DNA from: a virus
Direction: 5' to 3' (one strand)
DNA: 31,554 nucleotides
Virus genome (UHGV): UHGV-0071094
Positions 8,873 through 18,038 of the stretch are shown here, in pieces. The translations under genes and the position numbers were made by a program. The notes beneath the pieces were generated by a model. It was not told where the DNA came from. It was given only the letters and a program-made list of their open reading frames with translations, and made no database searches. Within the stretch, counting starts at the first letter, position 1. Every line of letters begins with the position of its first letter.

Positions 8873-9650
8873 ATTAACTCCTTGATAAAGTTGTGATTTT
8901 TACGGCCCAGTGATGAAGAACGAAGCGGGCAAGTTCAGTATGCCTGAAACAAAAATTGTTTCCAATATGTTATGTTTGTATCGGTAGCTGGGAACAAGAC
9001 TACACACTACGAAATGAGGCTTAGCTGTCGCCCACCAGTGTTGGCAGGTATGCCTTAGTGGGAGTCTTAGAGCGGAGGGTATCTTGAATCAATGTCTATT
9101 GCCATATTTACACGACACACGATATATTTTCTTTAGAGTCATATCTTAGGAAACAATAACGGCGACTTGAGCAAAAGTATCTAATATCAATAGATTTTCG
9201 TTAATTTAAAAAAATAGGTGCTCTCTCATAAAATCTGTAGGGTACTTGGTCGTGAATAAATTGCTGAGTTCATGTTGCGATGTCATTATTTGTCATCTTC
9301 CATGTCTCATAATTATCCTAACGTATAGGTTCAATGAAATTCCTTTATTCCTGTGTCTAATCTAATCAATCTAGCAATCTAACCAAACCTGTGTGTGGCG
9401 ATTTTACCTTGTTTAAATGTTCTAGGAATGCCTTTATCTTTTAGTATTAATTATATTAAAGGTTTACTTTCACGATGAGTATTTGCTGTTTCATCGGGAG
9501 GTTAAGATATTCATAATCTATCCTGACTGTAACGAAGATTAATCATTGATTTTATTTATATGTGAAAAAATCACTTTAAATATTGATTTTTTATGATTTA
9601 TGTAGTTTAATTTAAATGTATAGGTGATTTTTTCACATTGGAGAGGTGCT

Positions 9651-11009
9651 ATGTTAATCAGATTCTCAGTCGAAAACTACAAGTCATTCAGAGATAGAGT
9701 CGAGTTTTCAATGGTTTCGAGTAAAGTTCGAAGCCATCCATCACATGTCGTTAAGGCAACTTCTGCGAACGATATAAGTGTGTTAAAAGTTGGAGTTATC
9801 TATGGAGCTAATGCTTCTGGTAAATCCAACATCATCAAAGCAATGAAACATGCTCAAAATATGATTTTGAAAGGAAGTAAAGCTGGTACTAACCTTCCCT
9901 ATGCACCTTTCAGGCTTGATGATGATTTTGAAAAGAAACCCAGCAGATTTGAATTTGAAATTAAAATCAATGGCAAGAACTATGCATATGGATTCTCAGC
10001 TGATCAAAAATCCATTAAAGAAGAGTGGTTGTATGAAATAAACAAGAAGGATGACATTCTTATTTATGAAAGAAGTAATACAACTCACTTTAAATTTGAA
10101 AACATAAAATTTAAAAATGAAGAAGACGAACAATTCCTAAACTTTACAGCAAGAGGAACAAGCGAAAACTCTTTGTTTTTGTACGAATGTTTTGATAGGA
10201 ATGTTCTGAAGGATTTGAATTACATTGTACCAATTTCTGATGTTTTTAAATGGTTTAAAGCTAAGTTACAAATAGTTTTCCCGAATTCTAAATATAGAGA
10301 CCTAGATTTTGGATCTGCTTCTGATGAAAAAGAAGGAGAGCTTATAACTGATATTCTAAAAGATTTTGATACCGGTGTGTCAAAGTTAGTATTAAGAAAA
10401 GTTAGTTCATTTGATGATATAAAACTTCCTCCCAATTTCAAGGACCAGATCATAGAGGATCTTAAATCTAGTAAGGCTGTTGTAATTTCAGGGCCAAGAA
10501 ATAAACGATATAAAGTTGAACTGGGTGAAGATGGAGAAATAACGGTATTTCAATTGATGACGGCCCATAAAGATAAAAATGGTGATGATGTATATTTTGA
10601 ACTCAACCAGGAATCAGATGGTACACAAAGACTTTTTGATATTATACCTGGATTAGTCGAACTTATGTTGAAAGACAAAGTTTATATAATTGATGAAATT
10701 GATCGTAGTTTGCATCCAAAGATTACAAAAACATTTATGAAATTATTCTCTATGAAAACTGTCGGTAAAGACAGTCAACTGATAGTCACCACTCATGAAA
10801 CCGGTCTTTTAGATTTTGAACTTATACGAAGAGATGAGGTTTGGTTTACTGAAAAAAATAAAAGTGGAATTTCGAGAATTTATTCACTCGAAGAATTCCA
10901 GCCTAGGTTTGATAAAGATATACGTAAAGGTTACTTAGTGGGGCGTTTTGGTGGAATTCCTAAAATAAAGAATATATTATCAAACGTTGAAGATTTTCAG
11001 AAGGACTAA
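9651..11009 (+). CDS. ABC/SMC-like AAA ATPase (OLD/AbiLi-like ATPase component)
   Basis: Walker A GANASGKSN; Walker B-like VYIIDEIDRSLH; GGAGAGG RBS before the ATG at 9651 (ORF track start 9624 is less likely); stop 2 bp before the next gene. Confidence 0.7.
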   Translation: MLIRFSVENYKSFRDRVEFSMVSSKVRSHPSHVVKATSANDISVLKVGVIYGANASGKSNIIKAMKHAQNMILKGSKAGTNLPYAPFRLDDDFEKKPSRFEFEIKINGKNYAYGFSADQKSIKEEWLYEINKKDDILIYERSNTTHFKFENIKFKNEEDEQFLNFTARGTSENSLFLYECFDRNVLKDLNYIVPISDVFKWFKAKLQIVFPNSKYRDLDFGSASDEKEGELITDILKDFDTGVSKLVLRKVSSFDDIKLPPNFKDQIIEDLKSSKAVVISGPRNKRYKVELGEDGEITVFQLMTAHKDKNGDDVYFELNQESDGTQRLFDIIPGLVELMLKDKVYIIDEIDRSLHPKITKTFMKLFSMKTVGKDSQLIVTTHETGLLDFELIRRDEVWFTEKNKSGISRIYSLEEFQPRFDKDIRKGYLVGRFGGIPKIKNILSNVEDFQKD

Positions 11010-11011
11010 AA

Positions 11012-11668
11012 ATGCCTCGTGAAAGAAGAGAGTTTGACAGAAGAAGTGGGGTAAAAGACCCGTCTTTAATTGTAATTGCTTGTGAAGGAGAGAAAACAGA
11101 GCAGGACTATTTCAATAGTATATCGGAACTATGTGATGAGTTAGGATCACGTTTACAACTTAAAGTTCTCCCGCCGCGAGAAGAGGGGCATAGTGCGCCT
11201 AGACATGTTTTAGACCAAATGGATAAATATAAAAAAGAATTTGGAATTAAAGTGAATGATGAATTATGTCTGGTAATCGATAGGGATAAACAATCATGGA
11301 CAGAGGCTACTATAAGTGAAGTTGCTCAGTTTTGTCATGCCAAACAATATATTCTGGCTTTAAGTAATCCATGTTTTGAATTATGGCTTCTTATACACCA
11401 TTATGATGTAATGCTCCTCGGTGAGGATGAAAAAAGAAGTATTTTAAGAAATAAAAATGGGTATATGAAAAGCAAACTACGGGATGTTATTGGACAATAT
11501 AACCCAAGTTCTATTAATATTCATGATTTCTGGGGGGTAACTGAAATCGCGATTGACAGAGCTAAACGTTTAGATGTTAATCCAGCTGAGAGATGGCCTA
11601 ATGAAATAGGAAGTCGTGTGTATATAATCATGGAGAAAATACGTCAGTCAATTAATAATCAATTATAA
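11012..11668 (+). CDS. RloB-like / Toprim-domain protein (putative nuclease partner of the ATPase)
   Basis: 218-aa ORF; N-terminal IVIACEGEKTE and downstream LVIDRDKQ give a Toprim-like E...DxD signature; translationally coupled to the ATPase gene. Confidence 0.6.
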   Translation: MPRERREFDRRSGVKDPSLIVIACEGEKTEQDYFNSISELCDELGSRLQLKVLPPREEGHSAPRHVLDQMDKYKKEFGIKVNDELCLVIDRDKQSWTEATISEVAQFCHAKQYILALSNPCFELWLLIHHYDVMLLGEDEKRSILRNKNGYMKSKLRDVIGQYNPSSINIHDFWGVTEIAIDRAKRLDVNPAERWPNEIGSRVYIIMEKIRQSINNQL

Positions 11669-12082
11669 TTATCCTATGTATTCCTTCGCATTTATTCCAT
11701 GCTTTAATAAGTGTATAAGGTTTTAGCTAAGTTGATTTTTTTATTGACTTGGCTTTTTTGTGTCTGGTTTGATGGTCTAGTTATGAGTGTAGGTATTTTT
11801 CGATTAAAGCGTATATCTTGATTTTTATATTAAGAATCATTCCTGATTTCTACTGAAGCCAAGAGAAAATTATTAATATATTTCATAGGATGATTTTGAA
11901 TTAGGATCTAAACAATAAGATATGGTTCACGTAAATTTATTTTGCTGGAGTGATAACTCGATTGGGTGTTTATTGAGGGGGGGCAAAAATATTGGTTTGA
12001 CATTATTATTACTACCTTTTTTTGTTTCTTTGCTCAGTGTTTACGTTGCTTTTTAGCGTGCAAAAAATAGAGAACTATTATA

Positions 12083-13345
12083 CTAATTCATTTTCTTTAT
12101 TCTCTGGGCGAATTCAAACGGTGTAATGTGTTCTTTTCTGTTGGCATTAAGGTAGTCAGCCCACCATTGTAACATGAGTTTTCTCTCTTCGAGATGTTCC
12201 GCTTTGTGGATATATGCTGCCCGAACCGAGTTACGCTCTTGGTGGCTCATTTGACGTTCTACGGCGTCTCTTGACCATAACCCAGATTCGATTAATGCAC
12301 TACAAGCCATAGTTCGAAAACCGTGACCACAAACTTCAGCTTTCGTGTCGTAACCCATGGTGCGAAGAGCCTTGTTAACAGTGTTTTCGCTGATTGGTTT
12401 GTCATCGCGACTAAAACCAATGAACATAAGATCCTTTTCTCCACTTATAGCTTGGAGCCTTTTAAATAATACTACAGCCTGCTTACTTAGCGGCACAAGA
12501 TGAGGGGTTTTCATTTTTGAGCCCCTATTTGAATACTTAACCCCCTCCAATTCTCGTCTTTCTGCAGGGATTGTCCATAAGGAGTTTTTGAAATTCACCT
12601 CAGACCAACGAGCGAATCTAAGTTCACTTGAACGGATGAAAGTCAGTAGAGTTAATTGAACTGCTATTTGAGTGATACCTTTCCCTTTATAGGCATCAAT
12701 CCGTTTGAGAAGCTCAGGAAGTCGTTCGAGGGGAAGGGCAGGGCGGTGATTACTCTTGGCAGTGGTTACAGCGCCTGCGAGGTCGTAAGCTGGGTTTTGG
12801 TCAATCAAAGCATTGTGAACAGCATACCGCATGATGGCAGTGATTCTTTGTTGTAAACGGGCAGCAAGTTCAAGATGTCCAGTTTCCTCTGCTTTTTTCA
12901 GAGGAACAAGTAAATCACGAGTTTTAAGCTCACTAATGTTCCGCTTACCGATAACAGGAAATACATGAGTGATCAGGCTGTTTAATACGGTAGTTCTGTG
13001 ACTGTCTGACCAGGTTCTGTTGCTTGAGTGCCAGTCTCTGGCAACAGTTTCAAAAATGAGTAAGCCTTTCTCTTCAATCTTTTCTGTTTTTCGCTTTTCG
13101 CCAGGGTCAACATTGTTGGCAATGAGTTGCCTTGCTTCTTCTCTTCTACGACGAGCTTCTGCTAAAGACACTTCGGGATAAACACCAAGCGCCAACATTT
13201 TTTGCTTACCAGAAAAGCGATATTGAAGCCGCCAGTATTTTGAACCCGTAGGGTGAACCAGGAGATGCATACCATCCCCATCTGTTAACTTGACGGGCTT
13301 TTCAGTAGGTTTCGCATTTCTGACTTTTACCTCAGTTAGTGCCAT
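12083..13345 (-). CDS. P4/CP4-57-type tyrosine integrase (Arm-DNA-binding DUF4102 plus catalytic domain)
   Basis: 420-aa ORF; N-terminus MALTEVKVRNAKP...KLTDGDGMHLLV...GSKYWRLQYRF typical of the P4-like integrase arm-binding domain; C-terminal HGFRTMA...AAY...LMLQWWADYL catalytic motifs. Sits at the AT-rich/GC-normal boundary. Confidence 0.9.
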   Translation of the reverse strand: MALTEVKVRNAKPTEKPVKLTDGDGMHLLVHPTGSKYWRLQYRFSGKQKMLALGVYPEVSLAEARRRREEARQLIANNVDPGEKRKTEKIEEKGLLIFETVARDWHSSNRTWSDSHRTTVLNSLITHVFPVIGKRNISELKTRDLLVPLKKAEETGHLELAARLQQRITAIMRYAVHNALIDQNPAYDLAGAVTTAKSNHRPALPLERLPELLKRIDAYKGKGITQIAVQLTLLTFIRSSELRFARWSEVNFKNSLWTIPAERRELEGVKYSNRGSKMKTPHLVPLSKQAVVLFKRLQAISGEKDLMFIGFSRDDKPISENTVNKALRTMGYDTKAEVCGHGFRTMACSALIESGLWSRDAVERQMSHQERNSVRAAYIHKAEHLEERKLMLQWWADYLNANRKEHITPFEFAQRIKKMN

Positions 13346-13520
13346 TGTGACCTCCTGATGATGGTATCTGCATTATCGAACTTACAATACCAACAGTTAT
13401 ACCAACAAAACAAGCTGGATGTCCGTATATCCCAACAGTCCTTGGTAGACCATGGTTAAAGTGTACTTCATTGAAATGATTGGGAAAAATAGACTTTGAT
13501 ATACTTCGGTAGACAGGGTT

Positions 13521-13536
13521 CTGGCGTCCCCTGCAG
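13521..13536 (-). other. Candidate prophage attR core (tRNA 3'-end-like sequence)
   Basis: Minus strand reads CTGCAGGGGACgCCA, resembling the acceptor-stem 3' end plus CCA of tRNA-Arg (argW as I recall it: ...CCTGCAGGGGACACCA); located between the excisionase and the next integrase, where an attR is expected. Confidence 0.4.
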
Positions 13537-13609
13537 ACATCTACTTGAGGCAGCAGGGGATTGATTAGAATGGTATTTTTTAGATGTGAGAAATATTTTA
13601 CCCGCTATT

Positions 13610-13810
13610 TTACCCATTGGCGCGGCTTAAGAGCTTATTTTTGAATTCACAATGGTCACGATATAACCATCTTGCTCGCCCGTGGATAACTTTGGCTTTA
13701 GGCAGGTCTCCGGACTTAATCCGGTCATAGATGAAGGTTTTACCGAAGCCAGTATCGGCCATGATGAATTTCAAATCAACCAGGGAATCAGGCTGTAGTT
13801 CGTGTTGCAT
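13610..13810 (-). CDS. torI: AlpA/TorI-family excisionase (winged-helix recombination directionality factor)
   Basis: 66-aa ORF (MQHELQPDSLVDLKFIMADTGFGKTFIYDRIKSGDLPKAKVIHGRARWLYRDH...) with AlpA-like HTH; position at the prophage end opposite the intS-like integrase matches the KplE1 layout. Gene symbol by analogy, not verified. Confidence 0.75.
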   Translation of the reverse strand: MQHELQPDSLVDLKFIMADTGFGKTFIYDRIKSGDLPKAKVIHGRARWLYRDHCEFKNKLLSRANG

Positions 13811-13828
13811 GAGTGCTATCTCCGAATA

Positions 13829-13844
13829 GGGAATCGAACCTGCA
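13829..13844 (-). other. tRNA T-arm-like 16-mer (TTGCAGGTTCGATTCC) immediately upstream of the excisionase gene
   Basis: Minus-strand sequence matches the T-stem/T-loop (GGTTCGATTCC) region of a tRNA and diverges where the acceptor 3' strand would begin. Confidence 0.45.
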
Positions 13845-13852
13845 AATCAGGC

Positions 13853-13876
13853 AAGAAAAAACCGCCATCAGGCGGC
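13853..13876 (-). terminator. Rho-independent terminator-like hairpin with U-run (minus strand)
   Basis: GCCGCC-TGAT-GGCGG stem-loop followed by TTTTTTC on the minus strand, overlapping the stop of the small ORF upstream. Confidence 0.4.
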
Positions 13877-14035
13877 TTGGTGTTCTTTCAGTTCTTCAAT
13901 TCGAATATTGGTTATGTCTGCATGTGCTATCTGCGCCCATATCATCCAGTGGTCATAGCAGTCATTGATGTTCTCTGCTTCGATAACTCTGTTGAATGGT
14001 TCTCCATTCCATTCACCTGTGACTCGGAAGTACAT
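13868..14035 (-). CDS. Small hypothetical phage protein (55 aa)
   Basis: Minus-strand ORF MYFRVTGEWNGEPFNRVIEAENINDCYDHWMIWAQIAHADITNIRIEELKEHQAA preceded by a GGAGA RBS; below the ORF-track size cut-off; the overlapping plus-strand ORF 13802..14050 is judged spurious. Confidence 0.35.
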   Translation of the reverse strand: MYFRVTGEWNGEPFNRVIEAENINDCYDHWMIWAQIAHADITNIRIEELKEHQAA

Positions 14036-14222
14036 TTATCATCTCCATAAAACAAAACTCGCCGTAGCGAGTTCAGATAAAAGAAATCCCCGCGAATGCG
14101 AGGATTGTTAGTTGCGCTCTGCTGCTGCCTTAGCCATTACCATATCCACCAAACTTCACCAGACATGATTCTCGCAATCACTATCATCACCAAAGTGATA
14201 ATCACAACTTTAACTGGCGGCA

Positions 14223-14951
14223 TCATTCACCATCCTGCTGCGGTGCTGCTGGCAGTGGCATCCAGTGGGTAATACTACCTGGATATAAACTCTTTGCTGG
14301 CCCCCAGTAGCCATCTGTATTAACACGCATAACCTCACAGCCATCAAAACCATCAGTTACAAGAACGTATTCATAAGGTTCCGGCATCCTTTCGCTTACC
14401 GGAATCCAACTATCCGGAGTTCCCGGAGAGTTGCCATTTACATCGAAGTTTGGCTCTGCGTCCTGAACCAGGAGGATGTAACCATTCTTGGCTGTATCAA
14501 GTTCTAACGCCTCGGTGACGGTGCCGAAATAGCGATTGCCTAAATCAGCATCACAAGTGCTTACATCAATGGAAACTTCCATGCCCTCGATTAATTCTGG
14601 CAAGTTGTAAGTTTGGCTTACAGGTTCGGCTTCCAGTTCTGCTATGCGCTTTTTTGCTGCTTCCAGCTCGCCAAGCAGCGCCAAGACGGTAGCCGGATTG
14701 GCTGCGGCGATGAATTCAGCATTGGCCTGCTGTTCCATTTGGAAATCTTCATCGAAACCGCTTTCAGGATGCGCTCCTTCAATTCTGCAAATGGGAATAT
14801 ATCCAGCAGCCTCGCGATGAATTAGCGCATCATCACAATCAAATCGGCTCTCTCCATATTCGAGCGACCACTCACCACACGTTGCTTTTTCTGCCGCTTC
14901 ACGCAGTGCCTGGTAATTAATTTCGCTCACTGTTTGCCTCCTTTGCGCCAC
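14223..14951 (-). CDS. Ead/Ea22-like protein with C-terminal DUF551 domain
   Basis: 242-aa ORF; C-terminal ...[35 protein letters not shown]...THWMPLP resembles DUF551; typical lambdoid early-left accessory gene. Confidence 0.7.
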   Translation of the reverse strand: MAQRRQTVSEINYQALREAAEKATCGEWSLEYGESRFDCDDALIHREAAGYIPICRIEGAHPESGFDEDFQMEQQANAEFIAAANPATVLALLGELEAAKKRIAELEAEPVSQTYNLPELIEGMEVSIDVSTCDADLGNRYFGTVTEALELDTAKNGYILLVQDAEPNFDVNGNSPGTPDSWIPVSERMPEPYEYVLVTDGFDGCEVMRVNTDGYWGPAKSLYPGSITHWMPLPAAPQQDGE

Positions 14952-15550
14952 ATCGCATTCAGATATTTGTTGTCATTAACAGAACCGAAACTCTTTCTTT
15001 TAAGCAATTCCTCTCTCGATGGCATTGGCTTTACGCGTTGGCGAATAATCATTTCTGCCGGAAGAATGCCGGGATTGTATGCAAGTCCTCTCATGGTAAA
15101 TTCCTCAGTCATTACTGATAGCGCCATAGCGTGAGCGGTAATTACGCAGGCGCGGGTCAATTTCAGGGAAGTGGGTATATCTGCATCTTTCGCATCATCA
15201 ATGCCGAACAAACCATTGAGGCAATACTTGCGTGCATAAGAGCTTGTAGCTCCAGTAACTTGTGCAGAATCCATTCCTTTCTTGCTTTCTTCCTCTCGTG
15301 CAAGAGCGGTTGCCGTATGACTGTTTTCGCCATCGGTAATAGTTGCCGTGGCTTTCACATAATACCGATCACCAATCAACACAACTTCATCGCTGATTGA
15401 TAAAAACAGGCCATTCAGTAGCGGCTTAACGCCTTCAAGAATATCTTCGCAGCTTCTGTATTTATATTTACCGAATGAGTTGTACTGATTTTTTGGCGCG
15501 TTCAGATTCTCCTGAATGGCAGCCAGTCTTGCGTAAAATTCTTTGCTCAT
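14927..15550 (-). CDS. erf: ERF-family single-strand annealing protein (P22 Erf-like)
   Basis: Translation from the internal Met ([45 protein letters not shown]...) closely resembles phage P22 Erf as I recall it; the ORF-track start 15580 probably over-extends. Confidence 0.8.
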   Translation of the reverse strand: MSKEFYARLAAIQENLNAPKNQYNSFGKYKYRSCEDILEGVKPLLNGLFLSISDEVVLIGDRYYVKATATITDGENSHTATALAREEESKKGMDSAQVTGATSSYARKYCLNGLFGIDDAKDADIPTSLKLTRACVITAHAMALSVMTEEFTMRGLAYNPGILPAEMIIRQRVKPMPSREELLKRKSFGSVNDNKYLNAMWRKGGKQ

Positions 15551-15651
15551 ATGATTGTTCTCAGAATGGACATGGCCCAAGGAAATAACGCTGATTTAAT
15601 ACTTCGACTCGGGACAAGTTAAGGCATACCCGCATTCCTTCGCGGTCACCA

Positions 15652-15810
15652 TTATGGCGATACCAGAGAGCTTTCTGCGTGTACATGCGTCTCTGTAACT
15701 TGCTCTCCTTCACTGTGGTTGCAAGTGACATGAATATCTCCTTCGTTACCGATTAATTCTTTCATCTGACGAATGAATTCTTCGTCTGACCAGTTATCTG
15801 TAAAACTCAT
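15652..15810 (-). CDS. Small phage protein (52 aa) in the Arf/early-left position
   Basis: Minus-strand ORF MSFTDNWSDEEFIRQMKELIGNEGDIHVTCNHSEGEQVTETHVHAESSLVSP; its ATG overlaps the stop of the upstream small gene (ATGA). Confidence 0.4.
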   Translation of the reverse strand: MSFTDNWSDEEFIRQMKELIGNEGDIHVTCNHSEGEQVTETHVHAESSLVSP

Positions 15811-15959
15811 TTCCTGCGATACCATGGAAGGTTGATAGCTAATTTCATCTCTTTATTTGCTTCAAGCCACATTTTGGAATCACCAATAAATCTGGCTATT
15901 ACTGCTTTGTTTTGTGCTGCTCGAAGCATCTGGTGATTGATGGCTATTTCATTGCGCAT
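15807..15959 (-). CDS. Kil-like small protein (50 aa)
   Basis: Minus-strand ORF MRNEIAINHQMLRAAQNKAVIARFIGDSKMWLEANKEMKLAINLPWYRRK; the ...RFIGDSKMW... segment resembles lambdoid Kil as recalled; assignment tentative. Confidence 0.35.
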   Translation of the reverse strand: MRNEIAINHQMLRAAQNKAVIARFIGDSKMWLEANKEMKLAINLPWYRRK

Positions 15960-16078
15960 AACGCCTCCAGTTGTTTCTTTGCTGCTCTGATTAATTGTTT
16001 AACTCGGCGTGATAATTCAGATTCGTGCGGGTAGAAAGCGGACATGACGCCGCTACCCGCGAGCTGAAAGTGCATCAT
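15944..16078 (-). CDS. cIII-like small protein (44 aa)
   Basis: Internal start of ORF 15944..16183 gives MMHFQLAGSGVMSAFYPHESELSRRVKQLIRAAKKQLEALCAMK, resembling lambda CIII (..AG....ESxL.R....L); AAGGAG RBS upstream. Confidence 0.4.
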   Translation of the reverse strand: MMHFQLAGSGVMSAFYPHESELSRRVKQLIRAAKKQLEALCAMK

Positions 16079-16619
16079 GGGTAACTCCTTATATTTGATT
16101 GCATAACGAAAACGCCTCGAGTGAAGCGTTATTGGTATGCGGTAAAGCCGATGGAAGAATGGTTTCTTCTCGCAGGTAAGCATGATGCTTGCTGTTCTGG
16201 AATACGGAATCGAAGACGATGAAATGGCTGAATTGACTAAGCGGCTTGCCGATTACCTGACAAAAGAAAAAGCCCCGAAGAACGGCGAATTCTTCGAGGC
16301 CTGATGTAGAAAGACTGGATCAATCCACAGGAGTAATTATGACAAAACGTCGTAAGAAATACCAGGAAAAAGAAGAGATTCGACACCCTGATTCACCTGA
16401 GGGATTAGTGGTAGCCGCAGCAAATAACAGGGCGTTCGCAGAGCGCCTTGTTGGTGTTTACAGACTAGCCAAAGCAGGAGTGAAACATGGGCGTCGTTAA
16501 GTTAGCTGATTACAGGCATATCCAAACCGTATGCCTGTTGGTAGTGGTAACCAGTTGGCGAAGTGGAACGGTTGGAATTACTTCCACCGAAAGGAACCTT
16601 GCGATAACGGGAGCGAATA

Positions 16620-18038
16620 ATGCCGATTCAGCAACTTCCGCTTATGAAAGGTGTCGGCAAAGACTTTCGAAACGCCGACTATATCGACTATCTGCCAGTG
16701 AATATGTTGGCTACACCCAAAGAAATACTCAACAGCAGCGGATATCTTCGTTCATTCCCGGGCATTGCCAAACGCTCTGATGTGAACGGTGCATCTCGCG
16801 GCGTCGAGTACAACATGGCGCAGAATGCTGTTTATCGTGTGTGTGGTGGCAAGCTGTACAAAGGAGAAAGTGAAGTCGGTGACGTTGCCGGAAGTGGTCG
16901 TGTATCAATGGCGCATGGTCGGACATCACAGGCAGTAGGCGTTAATGGTCAACTGGTCGAGTATCGCTATGATGGCACGGTTAAAACCGTCTCAAACTGG
17001 CCTACAGACAGCGGATTCACGCAGTATGAGTTAGGTTCAGTCCGCGACATTACGCGCTTACGTGGGCGTTATGCGTGGTCAAAAGACGGCACTGATTCAT
17101 GGTTTATCACTGACCTTGAAGACGAATCGCATCCTGACCGCTACAGCGCACAATATCGTGCTGAGTCTCAGCCTGACGGCATCATCGGCATCGGAACATG
17201 GCGAGACTTCATCGTCTGCTTTGGTTCATCGACGATTGAATATTTCTCCCTGACTGGCGCAACAACTGTTGGTGCTGCTTTGTATGTCGCACAGCCATCA
17301 CTGATGGTGCAGAAAGGCATTGCCGGAACTTACTGCAAAACGCCATTCGCTGATTCGTATGCGTTTATCAGCAATCCGGCAACGGGTGCGCCGTCTGTAT
17401 ACATCATCGGATCCGGTCAGGTGTCACCAATCGCCAGCGCGAGCATTGAGAAAATTCTCCGCTCCTACACTGCTGATGAACTGGCTGATGGTGTGATGGA
17501 GTCTCTGCGATTTGATGCGCATGAGCTGCTGATTATCCATCTTCCGCGCCATGTTCTGGTGTACGACGCATCTTCAAGCGCCAATGGTCCGCAATGGTGT
17601 GTACTGAAAACAGGCCTGTATGACGATGTGTATCGCGCTATCGACTTCATTTACGAAGGCAATCAGATAACGTGCGGCGATAAGCTGGAATCCGTGACCG
17701 GGAAATTGCAATTCGATATCAGCAGCCAGTACGACAAGCAACAGGAACATCTGCTGTTTACTCCACTCTTCAAAGCAGATAACGCCAGAGTTTTCGACCT
17801 TGAGGTTGAATCGTCAACTGGCGTTGCGCAGTACGCTGACCGCCTGTTCCTCTCTGCAACCACTGACGGCATCAATTACGGGCGTGAGCAGATGATTGAG
17901 CAGAATGAACCGTTCGTTTACGACAAACGCGTTTTGTGGAAGAAAGTAGGGCGCATCAGGAAAAACATTGGCTTCAAATTGCGCGTTATCACTAAGTCAC
18001 CTGTCACTCTGTCTGGCTGCCAGATAAGGATTGAGTAA
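16620..18038 (+). CDS. P22 gp10-like tail/head-completion protein
   Basis: 472-aa ORF; same length as P22 gp10 and N-terminus [46 protein letters not shown] closely resembles it. Confidence 0.85.
   Translation: MPIQQLPLMKGVGKDFRNADYIDYLPVNMLATPKEILNSSGYLRSFPGIAKRSDVNGASRGVEYNMAQNAVYRVCGGKLYKGESEVGDVAGSGRVSMAHGRTSQAVGVNGQLVEYRYDGTVKTVSNWPTDSGFTQYELGSVRDITRLRGRYAWSKDGTDSWFITDLEDESHPDRYSAQYRAESQPDGIIGIGTWRDFIVCFGSSTIEYFSLTGATTVGAALYVAQPSLMVQKGIAGTYCKTPFADSYAFISNPATGAPSVYIIGSGQVSPIASASIEKILRSYTADELADGVMESLRFDAHELLIIHLPRHVLVYDASSSANGPQWCVLKTGLYDDVYRAIDFIYEGNQITCGDKLESVTGKLQFDISSQYDKQQEHLLFTPLFKADNARVFDLEVESSTGVAQYADRLFLSATTDGINYGREQMIEQNEPFVYDKRVLWKKVGRIRKNIGFKLRVITKSPVTLSGCQIRIE

Larger units (their letters stand above)
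1..13345. mobile_element. AT-rich genomic island (defence-island-like) with one intact and two decayed integrases; left end not in window
   Basis: Composition visibly lower in G+C than 13.5-31.5 kb; integrase gene and fragments at 12083..13345, 6490..6955 and 2518..2738 are all on the minus strand; cargo is dominated by defence/mobility-type genes. Confidence 0.5.

Noticed and set aside
11669-12082. AT-rich spacer downstream of the intact integrase as a hidden small gene or sRNA
   Set aside because: No ORF with RBS or recognisable structure found by eye; left unannotated.
13802-14050. Plus-strand 82-aa ORF from the six-frame track
   Set aside because: It runs antisense to a better-supported minus-strand small gene with an RBS and a terminator hairpin, and its start overlaps the excisionase start; judged a shadow ORF.
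16487-16780. Plus-strand 97-aa ORF overlapping the start of gp10
   Set aside because: Out of frame with and overlapping the strongly supported gp10 gene; the translated sequence looks like frame noise.
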